64,000 nt of DNA from Candidatus Falkowbacteria bacterium RIFOXYC2_FULL_36_12 (GCA_001778235.1 MFGJ01000007.1:193476-257475); one strand, 5' to 3'. Numbered from the stretch's first letter, positions 18,247 to 29,000 are shown. Program-made: numbers and translations. The notes: a model not told the origin generated them from the letters alone.

Positions 18247-19491
18247 ATGAGTAATGGGAAATTTATTGTCTGTGAGGGAGGGGAAGGTTCGGGAAAAACA
18301 ACTCAAATAAAAATGCTCGAACAAAAATTGACTGAAAGAGGCTACAGTGTTTTGTTAACTCGCGAACCTGGAGGAACAAACTGCAGTATTGCTGAAGAAA
18401 TCCGCGCTATTTTGAAAAACCCAAACAATAAAAATATGACGGCCGAGACTGAATTATTTTTGTTTCTAGCTTCCCGAGCTCAACATGTAAAAGAAATAAT
18501 AAAAACCGCACTTGAACAAGGAAAAATTGTATTATGCGATCGATTTGAGGCATCAACTTTTGCTTATCAACATTTTGCACGAGGACTTTTTGATCTTGAA
18601 GAAGTAATGAAAATAAACTCTTTTGCCACTGGCGGTCTGATGCCTGATTTAACGGTATTACTTGACATTGAACCAGAATTTGGATTGAAACGGATATCAG
18701 ATAACACTAACCGAGGAAATCTCCAGGACGATAGATTTGATAGCGAGCAAATTGAATTTCACCAAAAAGTCAGAAATGGGTTTCTAGAATTGGCCCAAAA
18801 GCTAGCTAATTGGCAGGTGGTGCAGGCAACTGATTCGGTTGAAAATGTTCATATTAATGTTTGGCGCCAAGTAGAAAAAATATTACCTCAAAATAATCAA
18901 AGAATTAATCTACTGACTAATCAGCGCAGTACTGATCGAGGAAAATTGGAAGTTATTTGTGGCAGTATGTTTTCAGGCAAGACAGAAGAATTGCTTCGAC
19001 GAATGAAACGAGGGCAGATCGCGAATCTGAAACAAAAACTTTTTAAACCTGACAAAGATACTCGATATTCAGCCAATGAAATAAAAACCCATGATGGTCT
19101 TGGAATGACTGCAATAAATATTCCAGCACATCAACCAGCCATGATCTTCAACCTCATTGAGCCTGAAACAGAAGTAATTGGTATTGATGAAGTTCAATTT
19201 TTCTCTCCAGAAATAGTCCAAGTCTGTAATCAGCTGGCGGATCAAGGGATTCGGGTTATCGTAGCTGGACTTGATCTTGATTTTGAAGCTAACCCATTTG
19301 GTCCGATTGCAGGGCTGATGGCAACGGCAGAACATGTAAGTAAAGTCAGGGCAGTCTGCGAACAGTGTGGGGAGGATGCCAATAGGAGTTTCCGAATAAG
19401 TCATTCGCAAGATACTTTTCAGCTGGGAGAAAAAGACAATTACAAAGCCCTCTGCCGATCCTGTTATGTCAAAGCAATAAATAAAAAGTAG
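18247..19491 (+). CDS. tmk: Fused thymidylate kinase (Tmk) - thymidine kinase (Tdk)
   Basis: N-half EGGEGSGKTT, TREPGG, LCDRF; C-half GSMFSGKTEEL, IDEVQFF, AGLDLDF, CEQC...LCRSC. Confidence 0.93.
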   Translation: MSNGKFIVCEGGEGSGKTTQIKMLEQKLTERGYSVLLTREPGGTNCSIAEEIRAILKNPNNKNMTAETELFLFLASRAQHVKEIIKTALEQGKIVLCDRFEASTFAYQHFARGLFDLEEVMKINSFATGGLMPDLTVLLDIEPEFGLKRISDNTNRGNLQDDRFDSEQIEFHQKVRNGFLELAQKLANWQVVQATDSVENVHINVWRQVEKILPQNNQRINLLTNQRSTDRGKLEVICGSMFSGKTEELLRRMKRGQIANLKQKLFKPDKDTRYSANEIKTHDGLGMTAINIPAHQPAMIFNLIEPETEVIGIDEVQFFSPEIVQVCNQLADQGIRVIVAGLDLDFEANPFGPIAGLMATAEHVSKVRAVCEQCGEDANRSFRISHSQDTFQLGEKDNYKALCRSCYVKAINKK

Positions 19492-19641
19492 AATTATTTC
19501 TACTTTTTTGGACTCAATAAATAGTCTAGAATTTGAGTGGCAAACAGATGCTTTTTCTGAATTTTATACCTTTGCAAAAAATAATAAAAATGGTACGATT
19601 ATTCTTGTAAACTGACTTAAATTTAGTTATTTTTGGTATTT

Positions 19642-21162
19642 ATGAAATATGAAATTATTATAGGACTTGAATTTCATGTCCAGCTGAAAACCAAGACAAA
19701 AATGTTCTGCAGTTGTGATAATGATGCAACGGGGAAAACTCCAAATACATTAGTTTGTCCAATATGTCTTGGGCACCCAGGGACACTGCCAGTTGTAAAT
19801 AATGAAGCAATAAAAATGGCGATTAAAGCAGCTCTTGCCCTAAATTGTGATATAAATTTGTACACCAAGTTTGATAGGAAAAATTATTTTTATCCTGACT
19901 TACCAAAAGGCTATCAGATTTCACAGTTTGATAAACCTCTAGCCAAAGAGGGATATTTTGATATAAATTATAAAGCTAAAGATGGTTTAGCAGGGAGACT
20001 GGACAAGGAAGATGAAATGAAAAGAATTAGAATTAACCGACTACATGTAGAAGAAGACGCAGCAAAATCAATCCATAGAAACAATGAGAGTTTAATTGAT
20101 TTTAATCGTGGTGGATCACCATTGATTGAAATAGTGACTGAAGCTGATCTGCGTTCGGCTCAAGAAGCAAAAACATTTGCACAAGAACTGCAAATCCTGG
20201 TTCGACAACTAGAACTCTCCGATGCTGACATGGAAAAAGGACAATTGAGGTGTGATGCTAATATTTCTCTAAGACCTGTTGGAGAAACTAAATTGTACCC
20301 AAAAACTGAAGTCAAAAATATAAATTCATTTAAATCTTTGGAAAAAGCTTTGGAGTTTGAAATAAATAGACAAAAAATTCTGTGGCAAGAAGGTAACCCA
20401 CCGAGAACACAAGAAACCCGAGGTTATATTGATAACACAGGAGAAACTGCCAGTCAGAGAACTAAAGAAGGCTTTGCAGATTATCGTTATTTTCCTGAAC
20501 CTGATATCCCACCGCTAACTTTCTTAACTGAAGAAATTGCTGAAGCAGAAAACGAGCTGTGTGAGCTCCCACAATTTAAACGACAAAGATTTATGGATGA
20601 ATATAGCTTCTCGCCTGAAGATGCAAACATCCTGACTCAAGATAAAAATATTGCCAATTTCCTTGAAGAGGTTGTGTCTGAACTCGAAGCTTGGGTCCAG
20701 GCAACGAAAGATCAGAGCGAGACATGGGAATTGGTCAAAGAAAAATTGATGAAATTAGCTGGCAATTGGATTATAAATAAACTGATACCAAAAGTGCAAG
20801 AAAACAATCTTGCATTTGATCAAATAAAGATATCAGCTGAAAATTTAGCTGAACTTTTAACAATAATTTTCAGAAACAAACTTAATAGTACGAATGCAAC
20901 AAAGATTTTTGATATTATGTGGCAAAAAGGCGGAGACCCAACACAAATTATCGAAGAATATGATATGGGTCAAACTGAAGATTCAGAACAAATTACCAAT
21001 TTAATCAGAGAGATAATTAATGTTTTTCCAGATCAAGTCGCTGACTACAAAGCAGGGAAAGAAAATATAATAAAATTTTTACTGGGACAAGTAATGAAAC
21101 AGTCTCAAGGTAAAGTCAATCCGAAAACTGCTGAAGAATTATTAAAAAAGAACTTAAAATAA
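19642..21162 (+). CDS. gatB: Asp-tRNA(Asn)/Glu-tRNA(Gln) amidotransferase subunit B
   Basis: IGLEFH, FDRKNYFYPDLPKGYQISQ, EEDA, LRCDANIS, YRYFPEPD. Confidence 0.97.
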   Translation: MKYEIIIGLEFHVQLKTKTKMFCSCDNDATGKTPNTLVCPICLGHPGTLPVVNNEAIKMAIKAALALNCDINLYTKFDRKNYFYPDLPKGYQISQFDKPLAKEGYFDINYKAKDGLAGRLDKEDEMKRIRINRLHVEEDAAKSIHRNNESLIDFNRGGSPLIEIVTEADLRSAQEAKTFAQELQILVRQLELSDADMEKGQLRCDANISLRPVGETKLYPKTEVKNINSFKSLEKALEFEINRQKILWQEGNPPRTQETRGYIDNTGETASQRTKEGFADYRYFPEPDIPPLTFLTEEIAEAENELCELPQFKRQRFMDEYSFSPEDANILTQDKNIANFLEEVVSELEAWVQATKDQSETWELVKEKLMKLAGNWIINKLIPKVQENNLAFDQIKISAENLAELLTIIFRNKLNSTNATKIFDIMWQKGGDPTQIIEEYDMGQTEDSEQITNLIREIINVFPDQVADYKAGKENIIKFLLGQVMKQSQGKVNPKTAEELLKKNLK

Positions 21163-21234
21163 CTAAGGGCTGATGGTTGACAACGGACCAAATTTTTGTT
21201 AAACTTTTATTTCATTCACCTCAATTAATATATT

Positions 21235-23085
21235 ATGAAATTTCTGTTTAAAAAACTTTGGTGGTTTTTCTTGATTGTACTAATCTTGATAATTTGGATT
21301 TTGAATTTGATTTTCAGCCCAAAACCTGTGGAATATTCAACTGTAATGGTTGAAAAAGGAACAATTGTTCAAACTGTAGAAGCAACCGGATCTGTTTCAC
21401 CATCGGCTGAAATCGACCTACACTTCCCTGTTTCAGGCAGTCTGAAACAAAACAAAGTGAGAGTTGGCGACATTGTACTGGCTGGAGATGTTTTGGCTGA
21501 ACTGGATGCTCGATCACTTTATTTCACCTTGCTACAAGCACAAGCAAACCTAGAACAAGGTAGAGCTAACCTAGCTAAAATTATTGCTGGCGCCAGTCCT
21601 GAAGATGTTGACATTTCTATCTCATCAGCTGACAAAGCTGAAGTTGATTATAATAATGCAGTTGCAAATTATAATGCAGTCAAGTTTCAGGCTGAACAAG
21701 AATTAAAATCAGCGTCAACAACAAAAGACAAAGCATACCTTGACTATCAAACAGCGCTAACAAGTCAAACCGATACTAACACCAGTCAAAACCAAACTGT
21801 AATAAATCTTGAAAATACTGTATTAACAAGAATAAATATTTCATTGATTAATACTCAAATTGCATTAAACAAAACAAAAGAAATCCGAGAAGATGGTACT
21901 GCCCTAAACTATTTGGGGATATTAGATGTCCAAGCTAAAGCTGATGAGCATGATAGTTATTTGAGAAGTGTATCCAGTTTGTCTTTTGCAAAAATATTGT
22001 ACACCCAAGCCAAGGATAGCTCGAGCTCCGCAAACATTGACCTAGCAATGGCTGCGGCTAGAACCGCGTCAACTGATATACTGGACAATCTAAATGATAT
22101 GCATCGCACCTTGTATGCCAGTGTTGCCTCAAATGATTTCACCACCGCAGACATTGAAACTTATAAAACAGAAGTGGCAACCAAAATCGCAACTATTTCA
22201 GCTGATTTAACTTCACTAGAAACTGCAATACAAAATCTTTTATCTGGAAGAATTACTGAATCTTCATCAGGCAATACATATACTTCATCAGCTGAAGCAG
22301 CATTCAAAGCATATGAACTGGCAAGTACAAACTATGATCTTGCAGAGGCATCATACCAAAACAAATTAACTACAGCAGACAATCAAGTAAAAGTAGCCAA
22401 AGCATCTTGGAACATTGCTGTATCACAACTTGATTATAAAAAAGCTCCGGCCAGATCATTTGATATTCTTGCCTATAGCGCCCAAGTAAAACAACTCCAA
22501 GCAGCCTATGGCTTGGCTGAAAAAAACTGGCAAGATAGCTCAATAAAAAGTCCAATAAACGGGGTTGTAACAAAAATAAACTTTGAAATTGGAGAGCAGG
22601 TTTCACCAACAGAGACCGTAGTAACTATTGTTAGTCAGAATGATTACCTGATTGAAGTTGATATTTCAGAAACAGATATTACAAAATTAAACAATAATAA
22701 TGAGGTTGACATAACATTTGATTCCTACGGAGATGAAAATAAATTTACAGGGAAAGTGGTCTCTATTGATCCAGCTCAAACTGTAATACAGGATGTTATT
22801 TACTACCTGGTTAAAATAGAATACGAAGAAAGAGATTTTGAAATAAAACCTGGGATGACTGCCAATGTGACTATTCATACTGACCAAAGAGATGATGTTT
22901 TATATATTCCGAGAAGAGCAATTATTGAGAAAGATAATAAGAAAATTGTCAGAGTACTAGAACAAGGAAATATTCGCGAGGTTGAAGTTGAAACTGGCTT
23001 AAAAGCAGACGATGGTTTGATTGAAATAAAAAATGGTCTTGAACCAGGACTGGAAATAGTAACATTTATCAAAGAAACAACATAG
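21235..23085 (+). CDS. MacA/HlyD-like membrane fusion protein with long coiled coil
   Basis: N-terminal TM, VRVGDIVLAG, IKSPINGVV, KPGMTANV, IPRRAI, GLEPG. Confidence 0.9.
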   Translation: MKFLFKKLWWFFLIVLILIIWILNLIFSPKPVEYSTVMVEKGTIVQTVEATGSVSPSAEIDLHFPVSGSLKQNKVRVGDIVLAGDVLAELDARSLYFTLLQAQANLEQGRANLAKIIAGASPEDVDISISSADKAEVDYNNAVANYNAVKFQAEQELKSASTTKDKAYLDYQTALTSQTDTNTSQNQTVINLENTVLTRINISLINTQIALNKTKEIREDGTALNYLGILDVQAKADEHDSYLRSVSSLSFAKILYTQAKDSSSSANIDLAMAAARTASTDILDNLNDMHRTLYASVASNDFTTADIETYKTEVATKIATISADLTSLETAIQNLLSGRITESSSGNTYTSSAEAAFKAYELASTNYDLAEASYQNKLTTADNQVKVAKASWNIAVSQLDYKKAPARSFDILAYSAQVKQLQAAYGLAEKNWQDSSIKSPINGVVTKINFEIGEQVSPTETVVTIVSQNDYLIEVDISETDITKLNNNNEVDITFDSYGDENKFTGKVVSIDPAQTVIQDVIYYLVKIEYEERDFEIKPGMTANVTIHTDQRDDVLYIPRRAIIEKDNKKIVRVLEQGNIREVEVETGLKADDGLIEIKNGLEPGLEIVTFIKETT

Positions 23086-23133
23086 AAAAGATCGAGGCTT
23101 GTCCTCGAATCTTTCGTTAGATAAGAATAATTT

Positions 23134-23856
23134 ATGGCTGTATTAATAAAACTGGAAAATCTGAAAAAGCAGTATGAAAATGAAGAAATCATAACCAAAG
23201 TTTTGCATGGTATTTCTTTTGAAATTGATGAGGGTGAATTTGTAGCTATCATGGGACCATCTGGTTCAGGAAAATCAACGCTGATGCACATATTAGGCTT
23301 CTTGGACAAATTGAGCTCGGGTAAATATTTTTTCAAAGGAAAAGACACTTCAAATCTGACAGAAGATCAAATGGCAGGTTATAGAAATTTTGAAATCGGC
23401 TTTGTTTTTCAGGCTTTCAATCTACTGCCAAGAACTTCTGTTTTTGATAATGTTAAACTACCTCTAACTTATGCTAATAAAATTGAAAATATTGATGAAA
23501 AAGTGAATAAGGCGATTCAGGCTGTTGGTCTGTGGCATCGAAAAGATAATTTATCCAATCAACTGTCTGGTGGAGAGAAACAAAGAGTGGCGATTGCTCG
23601 AGCACTAGTGAATGATCCGTCTTTAATCTTCGCTGATGAACCAACAGGCAACCTTGATTCAAAAACTGGAGGTCAAGTAATGAAAATTTTACAGGATTTG
23701 AATAAACAGGGTAAAACAATCATTCTGGTAACACATGAACAATATACGGCTGAACACGCAAAAAGAATTTTCAAGATCAGAGACGGATTAATCGAAGCTG
23801 ATTTCACGGTTGAAAAACATAGAGAGATAAAAGACGGTGACGAGTTGATCAAGTAA
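23134..23856 (+). CDS. ABC transporter ATP-binding protein (MacB/LolD-like)
   Basis: [30 protein letters not shown]. Confidence 0.95.
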   Translation: MAVLIKLENLKKQYENEEIITKVLHGISFEIDEGEFVAIMGPSGSGKSTLMHILGFLDKLSSGKYFFKGKDTSNLTEDQMAGYRNFEIGFVFQAFNLLPRTSVFDNVKLPLTYANKIENIDEKVNKAIQAVGLWHRKDNLSNQLSGGEKQRVAIARALVNDPSLIFADEPTGNLDSKTGGQVMKILQDLNKQGKTIILVTHEQYTAEHAKRIFKIRDGLIEADFTVEKHREIKDGDELIK

Positions 23857-23900
23857 TTTTTGAAAAATTGTTTAACGGTTATTTTCGTATATAAATATCT

Positions 23901-25136
23901 ATGGTTATTCGCGATACAATCAAAATGTCATTAAAAAATTTGCGTATAAACAAAATGCGCTCTTTTTTGACTATGCTTGGGATTATAATTGGTATCTCAT
24001 CGGTCATACTGATAACCTCGGTTGTAGCAGGAGCAGAAAGCTTGATTGTAAATCAGGTCCAAGGTATTGGATCAAATTTAATCGGAGTTCTTCCCGGGGC
24101 ATCAGAGCAAGATGGTCCACCGGCAGCAGTCTTTGGTATAGTTATCACTTCACTCAAGGATGATGATGTTGAAGAAATCAAGGAAAAACTCCCACATATT
24201 ATTGCTGGTTCTGCCTATTTGACGGCAACTGAAATTATTTCTGCAGAAAATGTACAGACTACTGTAACTGTATTTGGTGTGTCTCCAGATTATCCAAATA
24301 TCGCTGAAACCTCTACTCAAATTGGTAATTTTTTTGTTGAAGAAGATAAAGCCAGCGCCAACAGAGTAGTTGTTCTTGGTTCAGAAGTACTTGATAATTT
24401 ATTTCCAGGACAAGATGCCTTGGGGAAAAAAATTAAAATTAATAAAGACAATTATACTGTAGTTGGAGTGATGAAAAGCCAAGGAGTTGTCGGTTTCCAA
24501 AATGTTGATAATGCGGTATTTATTCCAATAACGACTGCACAAAAAAGATTGCTCGGGATAAACTATGTTGGATTCGCAAGATTTAAAGTTGATAAAGAAG
24601 AAAATATAGCTGAAACAGTTGATGGAATTAAAATAATTTTAAGAGAAAGACATAATATTGATAATCCGACAGGAGATGATTTTACCGTAGAAAACACAGC
24701 GGCAGCGCTTGAAGTCTTGGGTAGTATCACTGGTGCGCTCAATGCTTTTCTGGTTGCGATTGCTGGAATTTCTCTGATTGTTGGTGGCATTGGTATTATG
24801 AATATCATGCTGGCGGCTGTAACCGAAAGAATAAAAGAAATTGGATTACGAAAAGCTGTTGGAGCAACCAGTAGAAATATTATTACTCAATTTTTAATCG
24901 AAACAGTAGTAATAACTCTGACGGGAGCGGTGATTGGAATGCTGATAGGAATTTTCCTGGCTTTTATCATTTCGATAGTCATAAATAGTTTAGGCTATAA
25001 TTGGAACTTTGTAATTACTTTTACATCGATTGCTATGTCTTCTGTTTTTTCAATTGCGATTGCGATTGTCTTTGGAGTTTACCCAGCAAAAAAAGCTGCC
25101 TCATATAATCCAATTGAAGCTTTGCGCTATGAATAA
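23901..25136 (+). CDS. MacB/FtsX-family ABC permease
   Basis: RSFLTMLGIIIG, VGGIGIMNIM, ERIKEIGLRKAVGA, NPIEALRYE. Confidence 0.93.
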   Translation: MVIRDTIKMSLKNLRINKMRSFLTMLGIIIGISSVILITSVVAGAESLIVNQVQGIGSNLIGVLPGASEQDGPPAAVFGIVITSLKDDDVEEIKEKLPHIIAGSAYLTATEIISAENVQTTVTVFGVSPDYPNIAETSTQIGNFFVEEDKASANRVVVLGSEVLDNLFPGQDALGKKIKINKDNYTVVGVMKSQGVVGFQNVDNAVFIPITTAQKRLLGINYVGFARFKVDKEENIAETVDGIKIILRERHNIDNPTGDDFTVENTAAALEVLGSITGALNAFLVAIAGISLIVGGIGIMNIMLAAVTERIKEIGLRKAVGATSRNIITQFLIETVVITLTGAVIGMLIGIFLAFIISIVINSLGYNWNFVITFTSIAMSSVFSIAIAIVFGVYPAKKAASYNPIEALRYE

Positions 25137-25141
25137 TCACT

Positions 25142-26389
25142 ATGAATTTAATAAATACAATTAAAACTGCTTGGCAAAGCTTGAAAAGAAATAAAAGCCG
25201 GACTTTTTTGACTGTTATTGGAATTGTAATTGGAATAACTGCGGTTATAACTGTTTTGTCTGCAGGACAAGCAATAAAAAGCTTAATAATTGGTGAGCTT
25301 GAATCATTTGGCTCTAACTATATTCAGGTTGAAGTGAAAACTCCATCAACAGAGCAGGCATCAACTGAAAATGCCTTTAGCATGGTTGGTGGGTCAGTAA
25401 TCACCAGCTTGAAAGAAAGTGATGCACAGGAAATTGCCAAACATCCAAACATTAGCATTTTTTATACTGGATTAATGGGACAAGAAATCGTCAGCTATCA
25501 AAATCAGCTGAAAAAAGTCTTTTTATTCGGAACAAATGAGGATTTTATTAATATTGATAGCGGAGAAATAAACCAGGGAAGATTTTTTGATGAAGATGAA
25601 AATTCTTCATTGGCCAAAGTTGCCGTACTTGGGAGTAAAGTAAAAAATGAGCTATTCGGCAACAATGATTCTCTTGGTAAATATATAAAAGTTGGCAAAG
25701 AAAAATTTCAGGTTGTCGGTGAAATGAAAGAAAGAGGAGCATCATTTACCTTTGACATGGATAATATGATTTTCCTGCCAGTAAAAACTTTGCAAAAGAA
25801 ACTTCTTGGCGTGGATTATGTAAGTTTTGTAATTGCTCAACTAGAAGATAATTCCACATCAGCGGAGACAGCAGAGGAAGTCACTCTAATAATGCGAGAC
25901 CAGCACGACATCACTGATCCGAATAAAGATGATTTCGCAGTCACAACCATGGAACAAGCAATGGAAATGCTCGACATTGTGATAAGTGGAGTGCAAATTT
26001 TGTTGATTGCGCTTGGATCGATTTCATTAGTTGTTGGCGGAGTTGGCATTATGAATATTATGTATGTGTCTGTAACAGAAAGAACTTTTGAAATTGGGCT
26101 ACGAAAGGCAGTCGGAGCAAAAAATAAAAATATTTTATGGCAATTTTTGTCTGAAGCTGTGATTATTACTTTTATTGGTGGAATAATTGGTATTGCTCTT
26201 GGTATTTTGTTGTCTGGATTGATATCTGTGGTTGCCCAATCACAAGGCTTTGATTGGAAATTTTCTGTTTCTGTCTCGGGAATTGTTTTAGCCAGCTTGA
26301 TGTCAATGATTGTTGGCTTGGTTTTTGGACTTTACCCTGCCAAGAGAGCGGCCGGGCTGAATCCGATTGACGCGCTACGACATGAATAA
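25142..26389 (+). CDS. MacB/FtsX-family ABC permease (second paralogue)
   Basis: RTFLTVIGIVIG, VGGVGIMNIM, ERTFEIGLRKAVGA, NPIDALRHE. Confidence 0.93.
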   Translation: MNLINTIKTAWQSLKRNKSRTFLTVIGIVIGITAVITVLSAGQAIKSLIIGELESFGSNYIQVEVKTPSTEQASTENAFSMVGGSVITSLKESDAQEIAKHPNISIFYTGLMGQEIVSYQNQLKKVFLFGTNEDFINIDSGEINQGRFFDEDENSSLAKVAVLGSKVKNELFGNNDSLGKYIKVGKEKFQVVGEMKERGASFTFDMDNMIFLPVKTLQKKLLGVDYVSFVIAQLEDNSTSAETAEEVTLIMRDQHDITDPNKDDFAVTTMEQAMEMLDIVISGVQILLIALGSISLVVGGVGIMNIMYVSVTERTFEIGLRKAVGAKNKNILWQFLSEAVIITFIGGIIGIALGILLSGLISVVAQSQGFDWKFSVSVSGIVLASLMSMIVGLVFGLYPAKRAAGLNPIDALRHE

Positions 26390-26472
26390 TTAAATCTTAT
26401 TTTAATCTTCCAAGACTGGTCTTGGATTTTTTTATAAAAAAAATAAACGATGTGATAATCGTTTAGATTGAC

Positions 26473-27111
26473 TTATTCCAAAGTGACTTTCGGTAGTGAT
26501 TCAAGCACATAACCAAACAAGTTCAAATGTGCATTAAGATTGGTTTCAATATATACTTGCAATGATCTCAAAGGAATTGCCTCTGCACCAGTGCAAGCGA
26601 CTGAATTGAAATTACTTTGCACTGAACTTTCAGCTCGGCTAACTGCGGTGTAAAACAATTTCTGCAAAATCCATTCCGACTGTTTTACTGTTTGTGGTTT
26701 GTCTAGATTGGTCCAATTGAACTGTTCAGCCAGCAAACGAAGATGTTCATTGCTAACAACTGCAGTTGCCTGAAAACGCAGGATACAGTTATTCAAGGTT
26801 ACATAGTTATCAATGCTATATTCTACGGGGATGTTAATACATTGGTTGAAACAAAAAGTGCTTCCTCGACTAACCTGACCAAATTCATTAATGGTAAGGA
26901 CATCACTTTTATATTTATCACCGAATTCCAGATACAGGGAGCTAAACAAAATTGCACAAGTAGTGAGCAAAGAAACAAGTCTGAAAAGATATCGGAACTT
27001 GTAAAAATAATTTTCTGGATTTTTCCAAGTTACAATAAACATTACCCAGGAGGCCATACAAAGAACAAAAACAATGATTATCATATAACCAATCAACCCT
27101 GCTAAAGACAT
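26473..27111 (-). CDS. Orphan two-TM protein, paralogue A
   Basis: Shares GSTFC...CIN.P and DNYV.LN.C.LR with 27228..27890; GGAG SD and own TTGACA promoter. Confidence 0.8.
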   Translation of the reverse strand: MSLAGLIGYMIIIVFVLCMASWVMFIVTWKNPENYFYKFRYLFRLVSLLTTCAILFSSLYLEFGDKYKSDVLTINEFGQVSRGSTFCFNQCINIPVEYSIDNYVTLNNCILRFQATAVVSNEHLRLLAEQFNWTNLDKPQTVKQSEWILQKLFYTAVSRAESSVQSNFNSVACTGAEAIPLRSLQVYIETNLNAHLNLFGYVLESLPKVTLE

Positions 27112-27227
27112 TGTTGACTCCGCTCGTGGTTGGGACTGCGATGATATTTGATTTTATCACTAAAAATATGTTTTGTCAATAATGTAAAATCTGTATAAAA
27201 AAATAAACGATGTAATAATCGTTTACC

Positions 27228-27890
27228 CTACTCCCAACTAATTTGAGGGAGAGACGAAAGTTCATAGCCAAACAAATTCAGACGAGCATTAAGATAATGT
27301 TGGACTAAAATAGGAATAGAATACAGCTCTAATTGTTCACAGCCAGTTTGAGTAAAGAGACTCTGCAACATCAATTCAGTATCATTAACGGAGAGATAGA
27401 ACTTGCCACGAAGAATGGTATAAGATTCTTCTACTGATTGAGGACTTGAACGATTGGTCAGCTGAAATTGCTCGGCGAGTTGCCTGATATTAGCTTCACT
27501 GACTTGGGCTGAAGCTGTGATTCTCAAGACACACCCATTCAGAGGAACATAATTGTCAAACTTATAAATCGTTGGGAGATTGATACAATCATTGTGACAA
27601 AATGTAGATCCAGTCCCTAATACAAGGTGTCCTGATGAATCTTGCTTCAAAACTGATGGGCCAAACTCAATGTACAGTGATGAAGTGAAAAGTGCCCCAC
27701 AAAAGACAAGGCAGATGATACGAAATAGATGTCTGTAGGGGGAAAGCTTATTTTTACGGGAAAGTGGTGAAACACCATCCAGATTATTTAGCTTCGTAGC
27801 TGACCAAGAAGTCACAACAATAAAACATGAAATTACCGCCAACATTGAAATAATGTACATATATACGCTAGGGATGATTGTCGTGTCCAT
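27228..27890 (-). CDS. Orphan two-TM protein, paralogue B
   Basis: Paralogue of 26473..27111; CCAACAGGAGGGA SD and own TTGACA promoter. Confidence 0.8.
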   Translation of the reverse strand: MDTTIIPSVYMYIISMLAVISCFIVVTSWSATKLNNLDGVSPLSRKNKLSPYRHLFRIICLVFCGALFTSSLYIEFGPSVLKQDSSGHLVLGTGSTFCHNDCINLPTIYKFDNYVPLNGCVLRITASAQVSEANIRQLAEQFQLTNRSSPQSVEESYTILRGKFYLSVNDTELMLQSLFTQTGCEQLELYSIPILVQHYLNARLNLFGYELSSLPQISWE

Positions 27891-28007
27891 TGGTGGTCCC
27901 TCCTGTTGGCGTAAGCGGACATATAATTATATAATTTATAATATAATTTGTCAATAGCAGGAAAAAATTGTATTAATGGTACTGGCTCTGCTAAATTGAA
28001 GACTTTA

Positions 28008-28931
28008 TTATGTGTTAGAAAGAAATGCAGAGACTAATTTGATCGCTTGCTTGGGTGAAGATATCCAATGGATATAATCATCCTTGCGATACCAAGTCAA
28101 TTGCCTTTTGGCATAATGCCGAGTATCTCTTTTTATCAACCGAATTGCTTCATTTAAATCATGGATTCCATTCAAAGAATCAACAATTTGACGATAACCA
28201 ATACCGGTCATGGCTGGAGAATCTGATTTGTAGCCTTTTTTTATTAAAAATTTAACTTCCTCAACCAAACCTTCGGTAATCATTTGATCAACCCTAGTAT
28301 CAATTTTTCTGTAAAGTTCTTCCCGATTCTTCTCAAGGCCAAGAACTAAAAAATCAAATTTAGGCTCAAGGTTGGATTTTTTTTCAATGGTTCCTGCTGT
28401 TCGTAGGAGTTCAAAGGCTCTCATCACTCGACGAGGATTGCTTGTATCAATTTTTTGCTCAATATCAGGATCTTGCTGAACAAGTTTTTTAACCATGTAT
28501 TCCAAGCCATGCTGTTGGTATTCAGATTCAATTTTTTGACGGAAGCTTTTGTTTGGTGCGCCAGGTAAAGCATAGCCATGGACCAAAGCAGAGGTATAGA
28601 GTCCTGTTCCACCGACGACAACTGGGTCGCTTTTTTCAATATCAATAATTTTTTTAACTTGTTTCAACCAATGATCCAGACTGAATGGTTTGTTTGGGTT
28701 GACAATATCAACCATAAATTCTTCCACACCATCAACAATATAATGCTTTTTAAAGCCTTTTCTTAGCCATTTGCCATTATCTTTATTAGTACCAATATTC
28801 ATGTTTTTGAAGACTTGCCTAGAATCAGCTGAAATCAAATAGCCACCAATATGTTTGGCGATCTTATGAGCTAAATTTGACTTGCCTGATCCGGTTGCTC
28901 CGACAACAACAATAATTTTTTTCTTTTGCAT
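28008..28931 (-). CDS. miaA: tRNA dimethylallyltransferase
   Basis: GATGSGKS, SADSRQV, VGGTGLY, YAKRQLTW; start at ATG 28931. Confidence 0.96.
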   Translation of the reverse strand: MQKKKIIVVVGATGSGKSNLAHKIAKHIGGYLISADSRQVFKNMNIGTNKDNGKWLRKGFKKHYIVDGVEEFMVDIVNPNKPFSLDHWLKQVKKIIDIEKSDPVVVGGTGLYTSALVHGYALPGAPNKSFRQKIESEYQQHGLEYMVKKLVQQDPDIEQKIDTSNPRRVMRAFELLRTAGTIEKKSNLEPKFDFLVLGLEKNREELYRKIDTRVDQMITEGLVEEVKFLIKKGYKSDSPAMTGIGYRQIVDSLNGIHDLNEAIRLIKRDTRHYAKRQLTWYRKDDYIHWISSPKQAIKLVSAFLSNT

Positions 28932-29000
28932 ATTTTGACTTAAATTGCTATATTTAAGTAATAAACAATATAACACAATAAACTGGATTTATCAATAATT

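Noticed and set aside
13367-19491. Prophage origin for the nucleotide genes
   Set aside because: No integrase, structural or replication genes nearby; composition and mostly SD-less starts match the core genes
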